Source: Candidatus Latescibacterota bacterium
GTDB taxonomy: Bacteria; Latescibacterota; UBA2968; UBA8231
Assembly (NCBI GenBank): GCA_965204725.1
Contig: OZ242005.1
Coordinates: forward strand, 3,776,001-3,840,000
Length of the DNA stretch: 64,000 nucleotides
Direction: 5' to 3'
Position numbers and translations under genes: made by a program. This document shows positions 23,991 through 34,208 of this stretch, piece after piece. How positions within the stretch are numbered: position 1 is the stretch's first letter; each line of letters opens with the position of its first letter. The notes below the pieces were generated by a model, which was not told the origin of the DNA, ran no database searches, and worked only from the letters and a program-made list of their open reading frames with translations.

Positions 23991-24749
23991 TCATTGCGAG
24001 AAGACCGCCCGCAGTTCCCCCCAAGAGAACTTGGCCGAAGCCCGGTCGCGCTGGTCGCGCCAAACCGCGATGGACCACACGGGATTTTCCGCCGTTGGCG
24101 TCACCAAATCGATTTCCGCCAGCCCCTTAATGCCGATGGTGTTGAACGTCGTTTCCTCGGCGTCCGACTCGGCCGCGCTGATTCGCTCGACGAACTCGGC
24201 CTCGTAGGGAAAGATGAAGGTCTGGCGCAGCTCGTCGTCGGAGAGGATGCGCTCGTCCAAAGACGATCTGAACCAGCGCACAAAGCGCGCACTATGGATC
24301 CGCTCTGGTGAGAGAATGAGGCGGGCGAAGTTGCGTTCCTCGGTCGCCGCCCAGAGGGTGTCGCGGTTGGCGGCGTAGATCTCTGGATATAGCTGCACAT
24401 CCTCGGGGTCGGGGATAAAGACAAAATCGTCGGTGAGCTGATCCATGTACTGTTGGGGGCTGCGGAACTCGGGTTGGGCTTGAAAGATAGAAGTGAGATT
24501 GGCCAGCACCGCTTCGGGGCGCGTGCGCTCGTTCAGGAAGAGTTGTGGTCCGCTGGGGCAATCGGGAATCTGGGTCGAGAGCGGAGTCTTAGGGTCGGGG
24601 CGCGCCTCCGCGGCGGTGACGTCCGCGCAGTGGGGAAAAAGCTGGACACTCGTCTCGTCGGGCACACAGCGACAATCCACTTGTTCGCTGTCTCCGATGG
24701 CGCAGCCAGCCAACAGCACCGCAAGCAGAAATGATCGGGACGAGGGCAT
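23991..24749 (-). CDS. Hypothetical lipoprotein, distant paralog of neighbour
   Basis: LAGC lipobox; TRPEAVLANL, DDFVF, WSIAVWRD, SWGELR. Confidence 0.7.
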   Translation of the reverse strand: MPSSRSFLLAVLLAGCAIGDSEQVDCRCVPDETSVQLFPHCADVTAAEARPDPKTPLSTQIPDCPSGPQLFLNERTRPEAVLANLTSIFQAQPEFRSPQQYMDQLTDDFVFIPDPEDVQLYPEIYAANRDTLWAATEERNFARLILSPERIHSARFVRWFRSSLDERILSDDELRQTFIFPYEAEFVERISAAESDAEETTFNTIGIKGLAEIDLVTPTAENPVWSIAVWRDQRDRASAKFSWGELRAVFSQ

Positions 24750-24757
24750 GGCGCGGC

Positions 24758-25699
24758 TCAGTGGGTGACAAAAGGCACGGGCGCGAAACAGACGACAAAG
24801 ACCAGCAGGCAGAGGTAGCCGACGACGTGCCGACTGCGGTCCAGCGTGACGAAGGGGTCGTAGGGAGCCGGGTGATCCTTGCCAAAAAGCGCGAGGAAAA
24901 AGGCCAGCGCGAGCCACCCCGGCCATCCTTGGGGCCATTCCCACAGCAGGGATAGGACCCCATAAACCCCCAAGGCCAGCAACGCGACGTACGCCGTGCG
25001 GGCGATCAGCCGGTGCCGGGGGCCAAAGAGCGCGTAGGTAATATGGCCCCCGTCGAGTTGGCCGATCGGAAAGAGATTGAAGGCCGTGATAAACAGCCCA
25101 ACCCAACCGGCAAAAGCCACCGGATCCAAAAGGACCATTTGGTCCGGCCCAATGGCGGGCAAGACGAGCGCGGCGATGCCGGAAAAGAGCAAGGGCGCCC
25201 CCAATTCGATGGGGGAAGAGTGAAAGTAATCGACCGAAACCACGGCCGAGCGCGAAAGCCCGACAAAGCAGGCCGCGAGGGCGACGACAAAGCCCGCTAG
25301 GGGGCCGGCCGCGCCAATGTCGAGGAGGGCGCGCTTGTTGGGGATGGGGGAGCGAATTTTGATGACCGCGCCCAAAGTGCCGAGGAAGGAAACATAGGGC
25401 AGGGGGAGAAAGTACGGCAGCGAGGCCCTGACTCCCCAGCGGTGGGCCGCAAAGTAATGGCCGAATTCGTGGACTGTGAGAATAAAGAGCAAGGTCGCGG
25501 CAAACGGGATGCCCTCAACGAGGTGGACCAAGGCCGCAATGCTGCTCAGCGGGTCAACCCCTTGCTGCATGGCGCCAGCCATCGTAGTCGAGGCAATGGT
25601 ACAGAAAAACAGCAGCAGGTGGACCCATAGGCGCGGGGGCGGGGGGCGGGTCGAGGTAGGCGGCACCACCGGCGACGCCGTTTTGCGCCAGAAGTTCAA
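24758..25699 (-). CDS. Site-2 protease (M50) family
   Basis: HEFGH, AGPLAG, FNLFPIGQLDGG. Confidence 0.93.
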   Translation of the reverse strand: MNFWRKTASPVVPPTSTRPPPPRLWVHLLLFFCTIASTTMAGAMQQGVDPLSSIAALVHLVEGIPFAATLLFILTVHEFGHYFAAHRWGVRASLPYFLPLPYVSFLGTLGAVIKIRSPIPNKRALLDIGAAGPLAGFVVALAACFVGLSRSAVVSVDYFHSSPIELGAPLLFSGIAALVLPAIGPDQMVLLDPVAFAGWVGLFITAFNLFPIGQLDGGHITYALFGPRHRLIARTAYVALLALGVYGVLSLLWEWPQGWPGWLALAFFLALFGKDHPAPYDPFVTLDRSRHVVGYLCLLVFVVCFAPVPFVTH

Positions 25700-26550
25700 G
25701 GGTTTGCCTTTTCTAGCTGGAGGCTGACCCAGTGCGCGTCGCCCAAGCCCGCGCCAAAAGGCAGATAGGCGTAGTCGATGACCCAGCGCTTGCCCACGAG
25801 GCCCAGCCCGGCCGCGAGGCTGCGGTTTTCAGTGCTCTGATAGCCTGCGCGCAGGCGCAAGCGCTCGCCGGCCCGGTATTCGCCGCCCAGATGCAGCGTG
25901 AGGTCGTCGCCGCGGGCCTTGCGCGCTTCAACGGCCACGAGCAGATCGGCCCGGCCGACAAAGGTGCCGCCGACCCGAGCTTCTAAGGGCAGGTCGGTCT
26001 CCCGGCGGTCGAGGCGATTCATGCGACCCACGTTGCGGACTGTGGCCCCCAAGCGCACACGGGCCGCGATGTCGAACACTAGGCCAAAATCAGCGGCCAA
26101 GCCGCTGGCGTTTTGCGTGAAAATGGACTGGCGGATGAATTTTAGCTGCAAGCCGAGGCGCGTCCGCTTTAGCTGGCGGGCGTAGCTCAGGCCCACTGCT
26201 CCCTCATATACGCCGAAGTGCCCCAGCGGCTCGGCCGAGGGGCCGGTGCGGCGCGCTAGGCCGCTGTCGTGCAATAGCTGGGCGGAAAGTGCCCATGTAC
26301 TGCGGCCACGAGCCTGCGTCAGGTCTAGGTGGTTCTGGCGAATATTCTGGATCGAGACTTGGTGGTTAAAGGCGACGCTGCGCCCACGCGATTGCCGGGC
26401 CGCTGGGTTGAGGGCTTGGGCGTTGAGCAGGGCCGTCCCCGCGCCGGCCAAAGCCGCGGCGTATGCCCCGCCACCTTGGCGCAGCGAGGGCAGCCCGGCC
26501 GCGGCGAGGGCCGTGGGCAGCACTAAGAGGGCGACCAATAAGAGAGCCAT
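25696..26550 (-). CDS. PorV/PorQ-like outer-membrane beta-barrel
   Basis: Signal peptide, NPAA, GLSYAR, LRAGY, DYAYLPF. Confidence 0.75.
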   Translation of the reverse strand: MALLLVALLVLPTALAAAGLPSLRQGGGAYAAALAGAGTALLNAQALNPAARQSRGRSVAFNHQVSIQNIRQNHLDLTQARGRSTWALSAQLLHDSGLARRTGPSAEPLGHFGVYEGAVGLSYARQLKRTRLGLQLKFIRQSIFTQNASGLAADFGLVFDIAARVRLGATVRNVGRMNRLDRRETDLPLEARVGGTFVGRADLLVAVEARKARGDDLTLHLGGEYRAGERLRLRAGYQSTENRSLAAGLGLVGKRWVIDYAYLPFGAGLGDAHWVSLQLEKANP

Positions 26551-26557
26551 CACTTGG

Positions 26558-27472
26558 TCAGAACGCCAGCACTAGCCCCACGGTCGTGCGGCCCCCAGTG
26601 CCGAGGGGATCGGTTAAGTACGCATATTGGAATTGCAAGGTCTCGCGGTGCATGGGGTGCAAGGTCAGCCCGACCGAGAGTTGGCCTCCGTCTTCGACGC
26701 CGAGGCGGTGGAGGCCGCCGCGCATTGCGAGCAACGCACTGAGCTGCCATTCGGCCCCGAGGTTGACGCTTTGCTCCCCATCGGCGCGCAGTTCGGCGGC
26801 CAACAGCAGGGCGTCCAAAAGCCGATGGGAGGCACCAAAGACGAAAATGCGCGGCAGGGCATTCTCCGTGGTATTCGACCGCTGATCGGCGTGGCGCACC
26901 TTCCAAGTGAGTTCGGTGCCAAAATTGGACGCGCTCGCTCCGAGCCAAGTATGCTCGGCCACGCGGAACTGCACCCCCAAATCGAAGCCGCTGCCGTTGG
27001 CCGTGGCTTGGGGAGCGGAGGGCCTAGCGATGCCCTGTCTGAGGAGTTTAACGGCCAGACCAACTGCGAGGCGCGGCCCTAGGGAGCGCCCTATTCCCAA
27101 GATAAAAGCGTCCGCTCGGTCGTCGATTGGCCCTGTGTACTGACCACTCGCCGTGCGGCCCTTGATCCCGCCGACTGCGGCATGGGACCAAGCAAAGCCA
27201 AAGCCCATGTCGCCGCGGACGTTGAACGCGAGCGCAGCACTGCCTTGCCGCCGCCCTAGCGAGAGCGACTGAATGGAGGTCTGTAGGGTCTTGCCGCGCA
27301 GGCGGGCGAGGCCGGCCGGATTCCAGTAGGGGGAGGACGCATCGTCGGCCGCGGCGACAAAGGCGCCCAGCCCTAGGCCGCGGGCACCCAGCCCCGTTCT
27401 GAGAAAGGCGGCCGCAAAATCGGCCCCGTGCGCGGCCGAGGCCGCGAGCAATAGCGCGCAGAGCGTTTTCAA
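26558..27472 (-). CDS. PorV/PorQ-like outer-membrane beta-barrel
   Basis: AAFLRTGLGARGLGLG, DASSPYWNPAGL, C-terminal F; TTG start overlapping upstream stop. Confidence 0.8.
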   Translation of the reverse strand: MKTLCALLLAASAAHGADFAAAFLRTGLGARGLGLGAFVAAADDASSPYWNPAGLARLRGKTLQTSIQSLSLGRRQGSAALAFNVRGDMGFGFAWSHAAVGGIKGRTASGQYTGPIDDRADAFILGIGRSLGPRLAVGLAVKLLRQGIARPSAPQATANGSGFDLGVQFRVAEHTWLGASASNFGTELTWKVRHADQRSNTTENALPRIFVFGASHRLLDALLLAAELRADGEQSVNLGAEWQLSALLAMRGGLHRLGVEDGGQLSVGLTLHPMHRETLQFQYAYLTDPLGTGGRTTVGLVLAF

Positions 27473-29157
27473 TCGAGCACCACCACTCGGCCAAAGGCCC
27501 GTTGACCGGTGTTTAGGGCAATGCGGTAAAAGTACGTGCCATTGGCTACTAGTTGGCCATCTTGGTCGCGGCCATCCCAAAGGATGCGGTGATCAACGCC
27601 GCCAGCAAAGGGCGCGTCGGCCGCGAGGTTGCGGACGAGGCCGCTGGCAAAGTCGTAGATCGCGACCGAGACCGCTGCGTCCTGCGACAGGCTAAAGACG
27701 ATGGTCGTCGTTTCGCGCGAGGGAGCAAAAGGGTTGGGGGCTGCATACGCGAGGGCGGTGCTGTCGGGTACGCCTCCAGCGCGGACGAAGGTGCCTTCGT
27801 CGAGGGTGCGCGTGCGGACTAGGTCGCGGATGACGCGCCAAGTGGCCCCTTCGTCCGCAGAGCGTCCAAGGCCCTGCTCGGCTCCCACCCAGAGCACCTC
27901 GCCCACCCTCGCCAGCCCGACGAAGGTTCCGGTTAGAGGCTGTCCATCAGCGACTTCTATCGGGTCCCAAGCGCGTTCTGAGTCGGTCGTCAGGGTTGGG
28001 TCTGGGCTGGCTAGCAGCCCTTGGTCGGTGCCGGCCCAAACAAAATTGGGGGTAAAAGCAAAGTCCCAGGCAAAAGTCGGCCCGGTGTGTCCCCAAGTCT
28101 GGCCGAGGTCGCGGCTGACGCTGATGGCTTGGGTTTGCCCGGGCGCTGTGGTGTTGGTTCCCGCCCAGATGGCCGTGGTGCCGTCGGGTAGAATTTGGCG
28201 TTCGAGTGCAACGACCCAGTTGCCGGATGGATGGCCGCGGAGGGGAGTGCCCTCTTCGCTGAGGCGCACTTTGGCGTTTTGCCAATGTTGGCCGCCATCA
28301 AAGGTGAAGGCGATCCCACCCGAAGTGCCGATCCACACCGTATCTCCGTAAGCGACAACCGCAAAAGTGCGGTGCAGAAGTGCTTGGCTAGCCAAGCTGT
28401 CGGCGGCGGTGCGCAACGAGGCAATGCGGCTCGGATCGGCGTTTTCGCTGGCGAGGCTGTCGGCCACACTTTGCAAGCTGTCGGCGGTCGTTTCGCTGGC
28501 GAAGAAGACGATCTCGTCTGCGCCGCCGGGCAAGAAGGGTTCCCAAGTGCGGCCTTGGTCGAGCGACCGCACAGTAGAGCCGGCGAAAAAGGCGGCGTAC
28601 ACGGCCTCCCCGTCGATGGAGAGGTCAAAACAAGCATTGAGGATCGTCGTGCCGGGAGTGCGCTCAAAACCGGGCTTGGCGGGGTCGAAAATGAACTCGT
28701 TGGGAATGTGGTGCCAAGAGCCGCCGCCATCGTGGGAAAAACTCAACCCAGTGCCCGCTTGTTGCGCACCCTGTCCCGCGATAACCGAATCGATCAAGGT
28801 CCCTACCCACACGGTATCGCCGACCGCGTCGAGGGCACTAATTGCACCGCGGCCGAGGCCGTTGAGCTCGGTAAAGGTGACCCAGTCCGCCGAGTTGAGG
28901 CCGTTGCTTTGCGCTGGATCGAGCCGCGCCACTCCGCTTTCGGTACCGACCCATACATAGCGCCCACTCCAAACGATGTCGCCTATTGAAGTGCCGAATA
29001 GCCCGCGGATAGGCTCGGACGCCTGATGGAACCGCTGGGGCCGGAGCGCGTGGCCGGGCGATAGATGGAGCGCGAGGACGAGCAACGCGAAAGAGCAGAG
29101 GACGGACAGCCGAAAGAAGAAATAGGTCATCGAGCGAGCATTTTTACTGCGGCTCAA
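27469..29157 (-). CDS. Secreted beta-propeller (BNR/Asp-box) protein with C-terminal FlgD-Ig domain
   Basis: S.DGGxxW Asp boxes; APNPFAP...WDGRDQDGQLVANGTYFY. Confidence 0.8.
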   Translation of the reverse strand: MSRSKNARSMTYFFFRLSVLCSFALLVLALHLSPGHALRPQRFHQASEPIRGLFGTSIGDIVWSGRYVWVGTESGVARLDPAQSNGLNSADWVTFTELNGLGRGAISALDAVGDTVWVGTLIDSVIAGQGAQQAGTGLSFSHDGGGSWHHIPNEFIFDPAKPGFERTPGTTILNACFDLSIDGEAVYAAFFAGSTVRSLDQGRTWEPFLPGGADEIVFFASETTADSLQSVADSLASENADPSRIASLRTAADSLASQALLHRTFAVVAYGDTVWIGTSGGIAFTFDGGQHWQNAKVRLSEEGTPLRGHPSGNWVVALERQILPDGTTAIWAGTNTTAPGQTQAISVSRDLGQTWGHTGPTFAWDFAFTPNFVWAGTDQGLLASPDPTLTTDSERAWDPIEVADGQPLTGTFVGLARVGEVLWVGAEQGLGRSADEGATWRVIRDLVRTRTLDEGTFVRAGGVPDSTALAYAAPNPFAPSRETTTIVFSLSQDAAVSVAIYDFASGLVRNLAADAPFAGGVDHRILWDGRDQDGQLVANGTYFYRIALNTGQRAFGRVVVLD

Positions 29158-29981
29158 ACATAAGTGGAGGCCCGCTCGCGCATGGCCTCGATTACTTCGT
29201 AACCGACTCCGTAGTCGCCGATGCGGGTGCCGTGGCTGTCTCCGTGGCTGTCGGAGCCTCCCGACTTGATCAGGCCATAGCGGTCGGCGAGTTGGTCGTA
29301 GTATTCCATTTGCGCCGGCTGGTGGGCTGGGTGGAAGACCTCAATGCCGTCGAGCCCGTAGGCGACTAACTGCTCAATGATGGCCTCGAGGAGGCGGATG
29401 CTGGGGTGGGCGAGCACGGCCACTCCCCCTGTGCGATGGATGAGGGTGATGAGATCTTTGGCCGCGACGTAGGGCTTAGGCTTAAAAGCCGGCCCGTGAT
29501 CGCCGATGTAGCGGCTGAAGGCTTCGTCTTTGTCGGCTACTAGGCCGTTTGCCACCATGGCCGCGGCGATGTGCGGCCGCCCGAGCGGGCTGCCTTTGGC
29601 TTGGGAGAGCACGTCGTCGAGGCTGACGGCCAGCCCCATGGCGTTGAGTGCTTTGATGATCGCGACCCCCCGCTGGTAGCGGGCTTGGAAAGACTGGGCG
29701 AGCGTCGTGCCGAGCTGGTCGTCTTGGTAGTCTATGCAGTAGGCGAGAATGTGGACTTCGCGGTCGCGGATGTGGGCACTCAACTCGGTGCCGGGCACCA
29801 CTTCCATCTGCATCCGCTCGCCAGCCGCCGTGGCCTCGGGGACGCCCTTGACCGTGTCGTGATCGGTCAAACTCATCGCTTGCAAACCCGCTTCGCAGGC
29901 CTCTTCGACTGCTTCAGTCGGCGTCCGCAACCCGTCGGAGCACAGGGAGTGCGTATGGAGATCAGCTAAATTGTACGACAT
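29154..29981 (-). CDS. PHP domain phosphoesterase
   Basis: DLHTHSLCSDG, LTDHD, LAHP, GGSDSH. Confidence 0.92.
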   Translation of the reverse strand: MSYNLADLHTHSLCSDGLRTPTEAVEEACEAGLQAMSLTDHDTVKGVPEATAAGERMQMEVVPGTELSAHIRDREVHILAYCIDYQDDQLGTTLAQSFQARYQRGVAIIKALNAMGLAVSLDDVLSQAKGSPLGRPHIAAAMVANGLVADKDEAFSRYIGDHGPAFKPKPYVAAKDLITLIHRTGGVAVLAHPSIRLLEAIIEQLVAYGLDGIEVFHPAHQPAQMEYYDQLADRYGLIKSGGSDSHGDSHGTRIGDYGVGYEVIEAMRERASTYV

Positions 29982-30112
29982 GAGGGTCTTTATCTGTGAT
30001 TCTGTGAGAAGGCTATTCCAAAGTCCCGTTAATACATAATGAAAGAAAGCCTTTTGCCGCGCTCAATCAAGCCCACAGCGCGATGCGCCTCCCATAGCAA
30101 GGGCGCGTCTTG

Positions 30113-30961
30113 CTAGGCGGGAGCGTTGGAAAGCTCGAGTAGTAGATCGCCGGCGTGGAGTCGCATTTTGTCGAGGGCTTCGTCTCTGAGTTGGCGCACT
30201 CGCTCGCGCGTGAGGCCCAATTGGACGCCAATTTGTTCCAGCGTCTGTGGCTTTTGGTCGTCGAGGCCGAAGTACGCACGGATGACTCGGCGCTCGCGCC
30301 GATCGAGCAAGTCGAGACACGCATGCAAGGTGTGAGCAAGCGCGGCGCGCTCGTAGCAATCGGCCGGATCGGGAGTGCGAGCCGCAAAAGTAGCCATTAG
30401 CGGCTCCCGTTCATCGGGCATGGTCGGCATGTCCATAGAGACATCGGGTTGGGCCATATACAGGGCATTGTGCGTCCGCTCCAGCGATAATCCGGTGCTG
30501 TTGGCGATTTCCTCTGGAGTGGGATCGCGCCCTAGTTTTTGGGCGAGGATGCCCCTCCAGCGCTCGACCTTTTGCAGGTCGTTGACCCGGCTCAGCGGGG
30601 GGCGGGCAATTTTGCCGTGTTCGGCCAAGGCCCGGAGGATGGCTTGGCGAATCCACCACACCGCATAGGTGATGAACTTAAAGCCGCGGGTCTCGTCGAA
30701 GCGCTGGACGGCTTCGAGCAGCCCGAGGTTGCCCTCCGAAATCAGTTCCATAAAGGAAAGCCCGCGCCCGTGGTATCCCCGCGCGATGCGGACGACAAAA
30801 CGCAAATTGGCCTCGACAATCTGGTGCATGGCGCGCTCGTCGCCCGTGTGCGCTCTGTGGACCAGCTCGATCTCTCGTTGGCGGCTCAGCGGCTGAAAGT
30901 GCTGAATGTCGCGCCAGTAGGACTCGGTCAGGCCCAGCGAATCGAGGCTGCCTTTTCCCAT
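30113..30961 (-). CDS. Sigma-70 family RNA polymerase sigma factor (RpoD/SigA-like, lacking region 1.1)
   Basis: EANLRFVV, EGNLGL, GFKFITYAVWWIRQAI, LTRERVRQ. Confidence 0.93.
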   Translation of the reverse strand: MGKGSLDSLGLTESYWRDIQHFQPLSRQREIELVHRAHTGDERAMHQIVEANLRFVVRIARGYHGRGLSFMELISEGNLGLLEAVQRFDETRGFKFITYAVWWIRQAILRALAEHGKIARPPLSRVNDLQKVERWRGILAQKLGRDPTPEEIANSTGLSLERTHNALYMAQPDVSMDMPTMPDEREPLMATFAARTPDPADCYERAALAHTLHACLDLLDRRERRVIRAYFGLDDQKPQTLEQIGVQLGLTRERVRQLRDEALDKMRLHAGDLLLELSNAPA

Positions 30962-31086
30962 AGTAGCCCAACAATCGAAAGGTGAGAAATAGCCAGTGCG
31001 CTAGCCTTGGGGAGCCGGTAGCGCACTGGTAGCGTACCATACAGTAAGTAAGACGACGGAGGAAGAGGCGCGGTTCCAGCCCGGAA

Positions 31087-32556
31087 TCAGGCCGGGGGGA
31101 GCAGCGAGCGGAAGCGGTCGTAGGCCGCGTCCCAAGCGGCGGCTCGTTCCGGCTCGTACCCAACGGGCGCGAAGGAGTGCCGCACAACTTGGCGGATTTC
31201 GGCCAGCGAGGACATCTGGCCTAGGCCCATGAGCTGGAGCATTAGATTGCCGATGGCCGTCGCTTCGAGCGGCCCAGCGACGACCGGACGCCCGGTAGCC
31301 GAGGCGGTAAATTGGCAGAGCAGGCGGTTTTGGATCCCGCCGCCGACTATGTGGATGCATTCGAGGCGGCGGCCTAGAATGGCCTCTAGCGCGTCGAGGA
31401 CGTAGCGGTACTTAAACGCTAGGCTTTCGAGAGCCACGCGCACGACCTGCCCTGCATCGGCGGGAATGGCTTGGCCCGTCTCTTGACAATAGGCGCGGAT
31501 TCTGGCGGGCATATCGCCCGGCGCGAGAAAGCATTCGGCGTCTGGATCGACGAAAGCGGTAAAGGGGGCCGTGCTTTGGGCCATGGCCGCCAGCTCGTCG
31601 TAGGAAAAGGGGTGTCCCTCGCGTTGCCACGTGCGCCGGCACTCCTGTATCAGCCACAGGCCCATGATGTTTTTGAGGAAGCGATAGGTCGGCCCGACGC
31701 CCCCTTCGTTGGTGAAATTGTACTGGAATGCCTGCTCGCTGATGAGCGGTTGGTCGAGCTCGACGCCCATCAGCGACCAAGTGCCCGAGCTGATATAGGC
31801 GTAGTCGCGGACTTCGGCGGGCACGGCCGCCACGGCCGCGCCGGTATCGTGGGTCGCTGGAGCGATGACCGGGACCGAGTGGAGCCCTGTTTCAGCAGCA
31901 ATGGAAGGCAGGAGCGAGCCTATGCGGGTTCCCGGTTGGACGATCGGGGGAAGAAAATGGGTCGGCAGCCCCAGCCTTTCCATGAGCTCGACCGACCAAG
32001 TACCTTGGCGCGGATCGTAGAACTGGGTGGTAGTGGCGTTGGAAAATTCGCAGGTCTTAGTGCCCGTAAAGTAAAAATTGAAAAGGTCGGCCATCATCAG
32101 GAAGGTCTGCGCCCATTCCAGCAGGGGCGAGTCGCGCAACGAAAGCAGTTGGTACAAGGTGTTGAGCTTCAAAAACTGTACGCCGGTGCGGGCAAAAATT
32201 TCCTCGCGCGGCACCCGGGCGAAGGCTTCCGCTAACATGCCGTCGGTGCGCGGGTCGCGGTAGTTGCGCGGATTGTCCAAGAGCGCGTCGCCGGGGCCGA
32301 GGAGGGCAAAATCGACTCCCCAGGTATCGACGCCAAGCGCATCGAGTTCTTGGCCGTGGGTGTGGGCGAAGAGGCCGAGGGCCTGTTTCATCTCGGCGAA
32401 GAGGCGCAAAGGATCCCAGTAAAGACGGTCGAAAACTCGCACTGGCCCGTTTGCAAAGCGGTGCAGCGCTTCTAGCGCTAGGCGCTCACCGTCGAAATGC
32501 CCGACGATGGCGCGGCCACTCTCGGCCCCTAGGTCAAAGGCGAGCAGCTTGCTCAT
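31087..32556 (-). CDS. rhaB: Rhamnulokinase (FGGY family)
   Basis: DLGAESGR, DTWGVD, HDTG, ISSGTWSL, NIMGLW, EATAIGN. Confidence 0.88.
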   Translation of the reverse strand: MSKLLAFDLGAESGRAIVGHFDGERLALEALHRFANGPVRVFDRLYWDPLRLFAEMKQALGLFAHTHGQELDALGVDTWGVDFALLGPGDALLDNPRNYRDPRTDGMLAEAFARVPREEIFARTGVQFLKLNTLYQLLSLRDSPLLEWAQTFLMMADLFNFYFTGTKTCEFSNATTTQFYDPRQGTWSVELMERLGLPTHFLPPIVQPGTRIGSLLPSIAAETGLHSVPVIAPATHDTGAAVAAVPAEVRDYAYISSGTWSLMGVELDQPLISEQAFQYNFTNEGGVGPTYRFLKNIMGLWLIQECRRTWQREGHPFSYDELAAMAQSTAPFTAFVDPDAECFLAPGDMPARIRAYCQETGQAIPADAGQVVRVALESLAFKYRYVLDALEAILGRRLECIHIVGGGIQNRLLCQFTASATGRPVVAGPLEATAIGNLMLQLMGLGQMSSLAEIRQVVRHSFAPVGYEPERAAAWDAAYDRFRSLLPPA

Positions 32557-32831
32557 AGGTAGTTGAGGCCGAGTTCGGAGACGAGGGCGCGTGTGTCGTT
32601 GTCGAGGAGGGCGCAGATAAGGGCGATGCTCAACTCGCGCTCCATGGCCGCGGCATACGCTGTGTGTTCGTCGCGGAAATTGATCCGCTGGAAGCCGCGG
32701 ACGGCCTTTTTGAAATCCTCGCGCCGCTCGTAGAGGACTAGGTGGGCAATGGGCGCGTTGGCGAGTGCCTCGGCCACAAAGGAGACGCCGAAAATTTCCT
32801 CCAAGACGTTTCTGAGTTGGCGATGCAGCAT
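32553..32831 (-). CDS. Hypothetical protein
   Basis: 92-aa ORF, ATGA coupling to kinase, host-like codon use. Confidence 0.7.
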   Translation of the reverse strand: MLHRQLRNVLEEIFGVSFVAEALANAPIAHLVLYERREDFKKAVRGFQRINFRDEHTAYAAAMERELSIALICALLDNDTRALVSELGLNYL

Positions 32832-32838
32832 TAGAGCA

Positions 32839-33024
32839 TTAGAAGGGATAGACCTCGTCGAGCCTGCGCTTGAGCGCGGTGCTGCGCTGCTCGCTGTCGT
32901 CTTCGATCACGTACTGGACGATGGGGGTTCGCCGCCAATAGCTCAACATGGCCTCGAAATGGAGGGTGGGCTGATGAAACTCCAAGCGAAAGACCAAAAA
33001 GGCGCGGAGCAAGTTTTTGACCAT
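32839..33024 (-). CDS. Small hypothetical protein
   Basis: 61-aa ORF filling the gap within the operon; no motif recognised. Confidence 0.35.
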   Translation of the reverse strand: MVKNLLRAFLVFRLEFHQPTLHFEAMLSYWRRTPIVQYVIEDDSEQRSTALKRRLDEVYPF

Positions 33025-33073
33025 AGCACTCTAATCGCTGCTTGATTGCTGGGCGAGAGGCAAATGCCGCCCC

Positions 33074-34042
33074 TTAGCGAAGGTACTCGGAAATCCGCTC
33101 CTCAATGCGCTGCAAGACGGGCTTTGCGCCGAGTTCGGCTTTGAAGCCCGTGCCTGTAACCCGTTGAAAAAGGTCGATATAGCGCTCGGCAACTTGGATG
33201 CGGATCTCGTCGTTGAGTGCGGGGATATTGTCATCGGAAATGCCCTTGTCGCGGAGCCACAGGCGCAAAAACTCCTTGTCGAGGCTTTCGGGCTCTGCGC
33301 CGCGAGCGTGGCGCTCTGCGTAGGTATCGCTGATCCAGAAGCGCGACGAGTCGGGCGTGTGGATCTCGTCGGCGAGGGTGATGCGCCCGTCCGCGTCTAG
33401 CCCCATCTCGTACTTGGTATCCACGAGGATTAACCCTTGCTTGGCCGCTAGTTCCTCGCCGCGCGCAAAGAGCGCGAAGGCGATCTCCTCGACTTGGGCC
33501 CAAGTGTCTTCGGGCACCAAGCCTTGGGCGATGATCTCGTCGCGCGAAATCAGCTCGTCGTGGACTTCGTCCTTGGTCGTCGGCGTGATAATCGCTTCGT
33601 CGAAGGGCTGGTTTTTGACCATGCCGTCGGGCAACGTGTGGCCGCAATAGTGGCGGACGCCTCTGTTGTAGTGGGTCCAGATAGCGGTGTCCGAACTACC
33701 CGTTAGGTACTTGCGCACCACCACCTCGACGGGCAAGATACTTAGCTCGCGGGCGACGGTGACGTTGGCGTCGGGCACCGCGAGGACTTGATTGGGGGCG
33801 ATGTCTTGGGTCTGCTCAAACCAGTACTGAGCAATGCGGTTGAGCACTTGGCCTTTGAGGGGGATGGTGCCGAGCACGTGGTCGAACGCGCTCTGGCGGT
33901 CCGTAGTGATCAGGACGCGATGGTTGTCGAGCAGGTACATATCGCGCACCTTCCCGCGTTTGTAGCGAGCCTCCCACTGGGGGAATTTGGCCTCCAGCAG
34001 GCAGTTGTCGAGCTGGGATTGGATTTGTTCGCGCGTTACCAT
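33074..34042 (-). CDS. purC: SAICAR synthetase
   Basis: GKVRD, TDRQSAFD, TPTTK, DTKYEMG, DEIHTPDSSRFW, DKEFLR. Confidence 0.96.
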   Translation of the reverse strand: MVTREQIQSQLDNCLLEAKFPQWEARYKRGKVRDMYLLDNHRVLITTDRQSAFDHVLGTIPLKGQVLNRIAQYWFEQTQDIAPNQVLAVPDANVTVARELSILPVEVVVRKYLTGSSDTAIWTHYNRGVRHYCGHTLPDGMVKNQPFDEAIITPTTKDEVHDELISRDEIIAQGLVPEDTWAQVEEIAFALFARGEELAAKQGLILVDTKYEMGLDADGRITLADEIHTPDSSRFWISDTYAERHARGAEPESLDKEFLRLWLRDKGISDDNIPALNDEIRIQVAERYIDLFQRVTGTGFKAELGAKPVLQRIEERISEYLR

Positions 34043-34208
34043 AGAATAGATACCCTCAAGTGAGATCGTGGGATGCGAAAAATTGATATTATGAGCGCAC
34101 CTAAGCCCCGTCAATAGGTTCGGCGTAGAGAGTGCTTGATTTTCGCCTCTCTGCGGCGTATTTTGAGGCCGACAAAGCAGAGAATCTCACCCCTACAGGG
34201 AGGGTCTA

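Noticed and set aside
33031-33234. ORF in frame with 32839..33024 (possible stop read-through)
   Set aside because: Mostly overlaps purC in another frame; no supporting motif.
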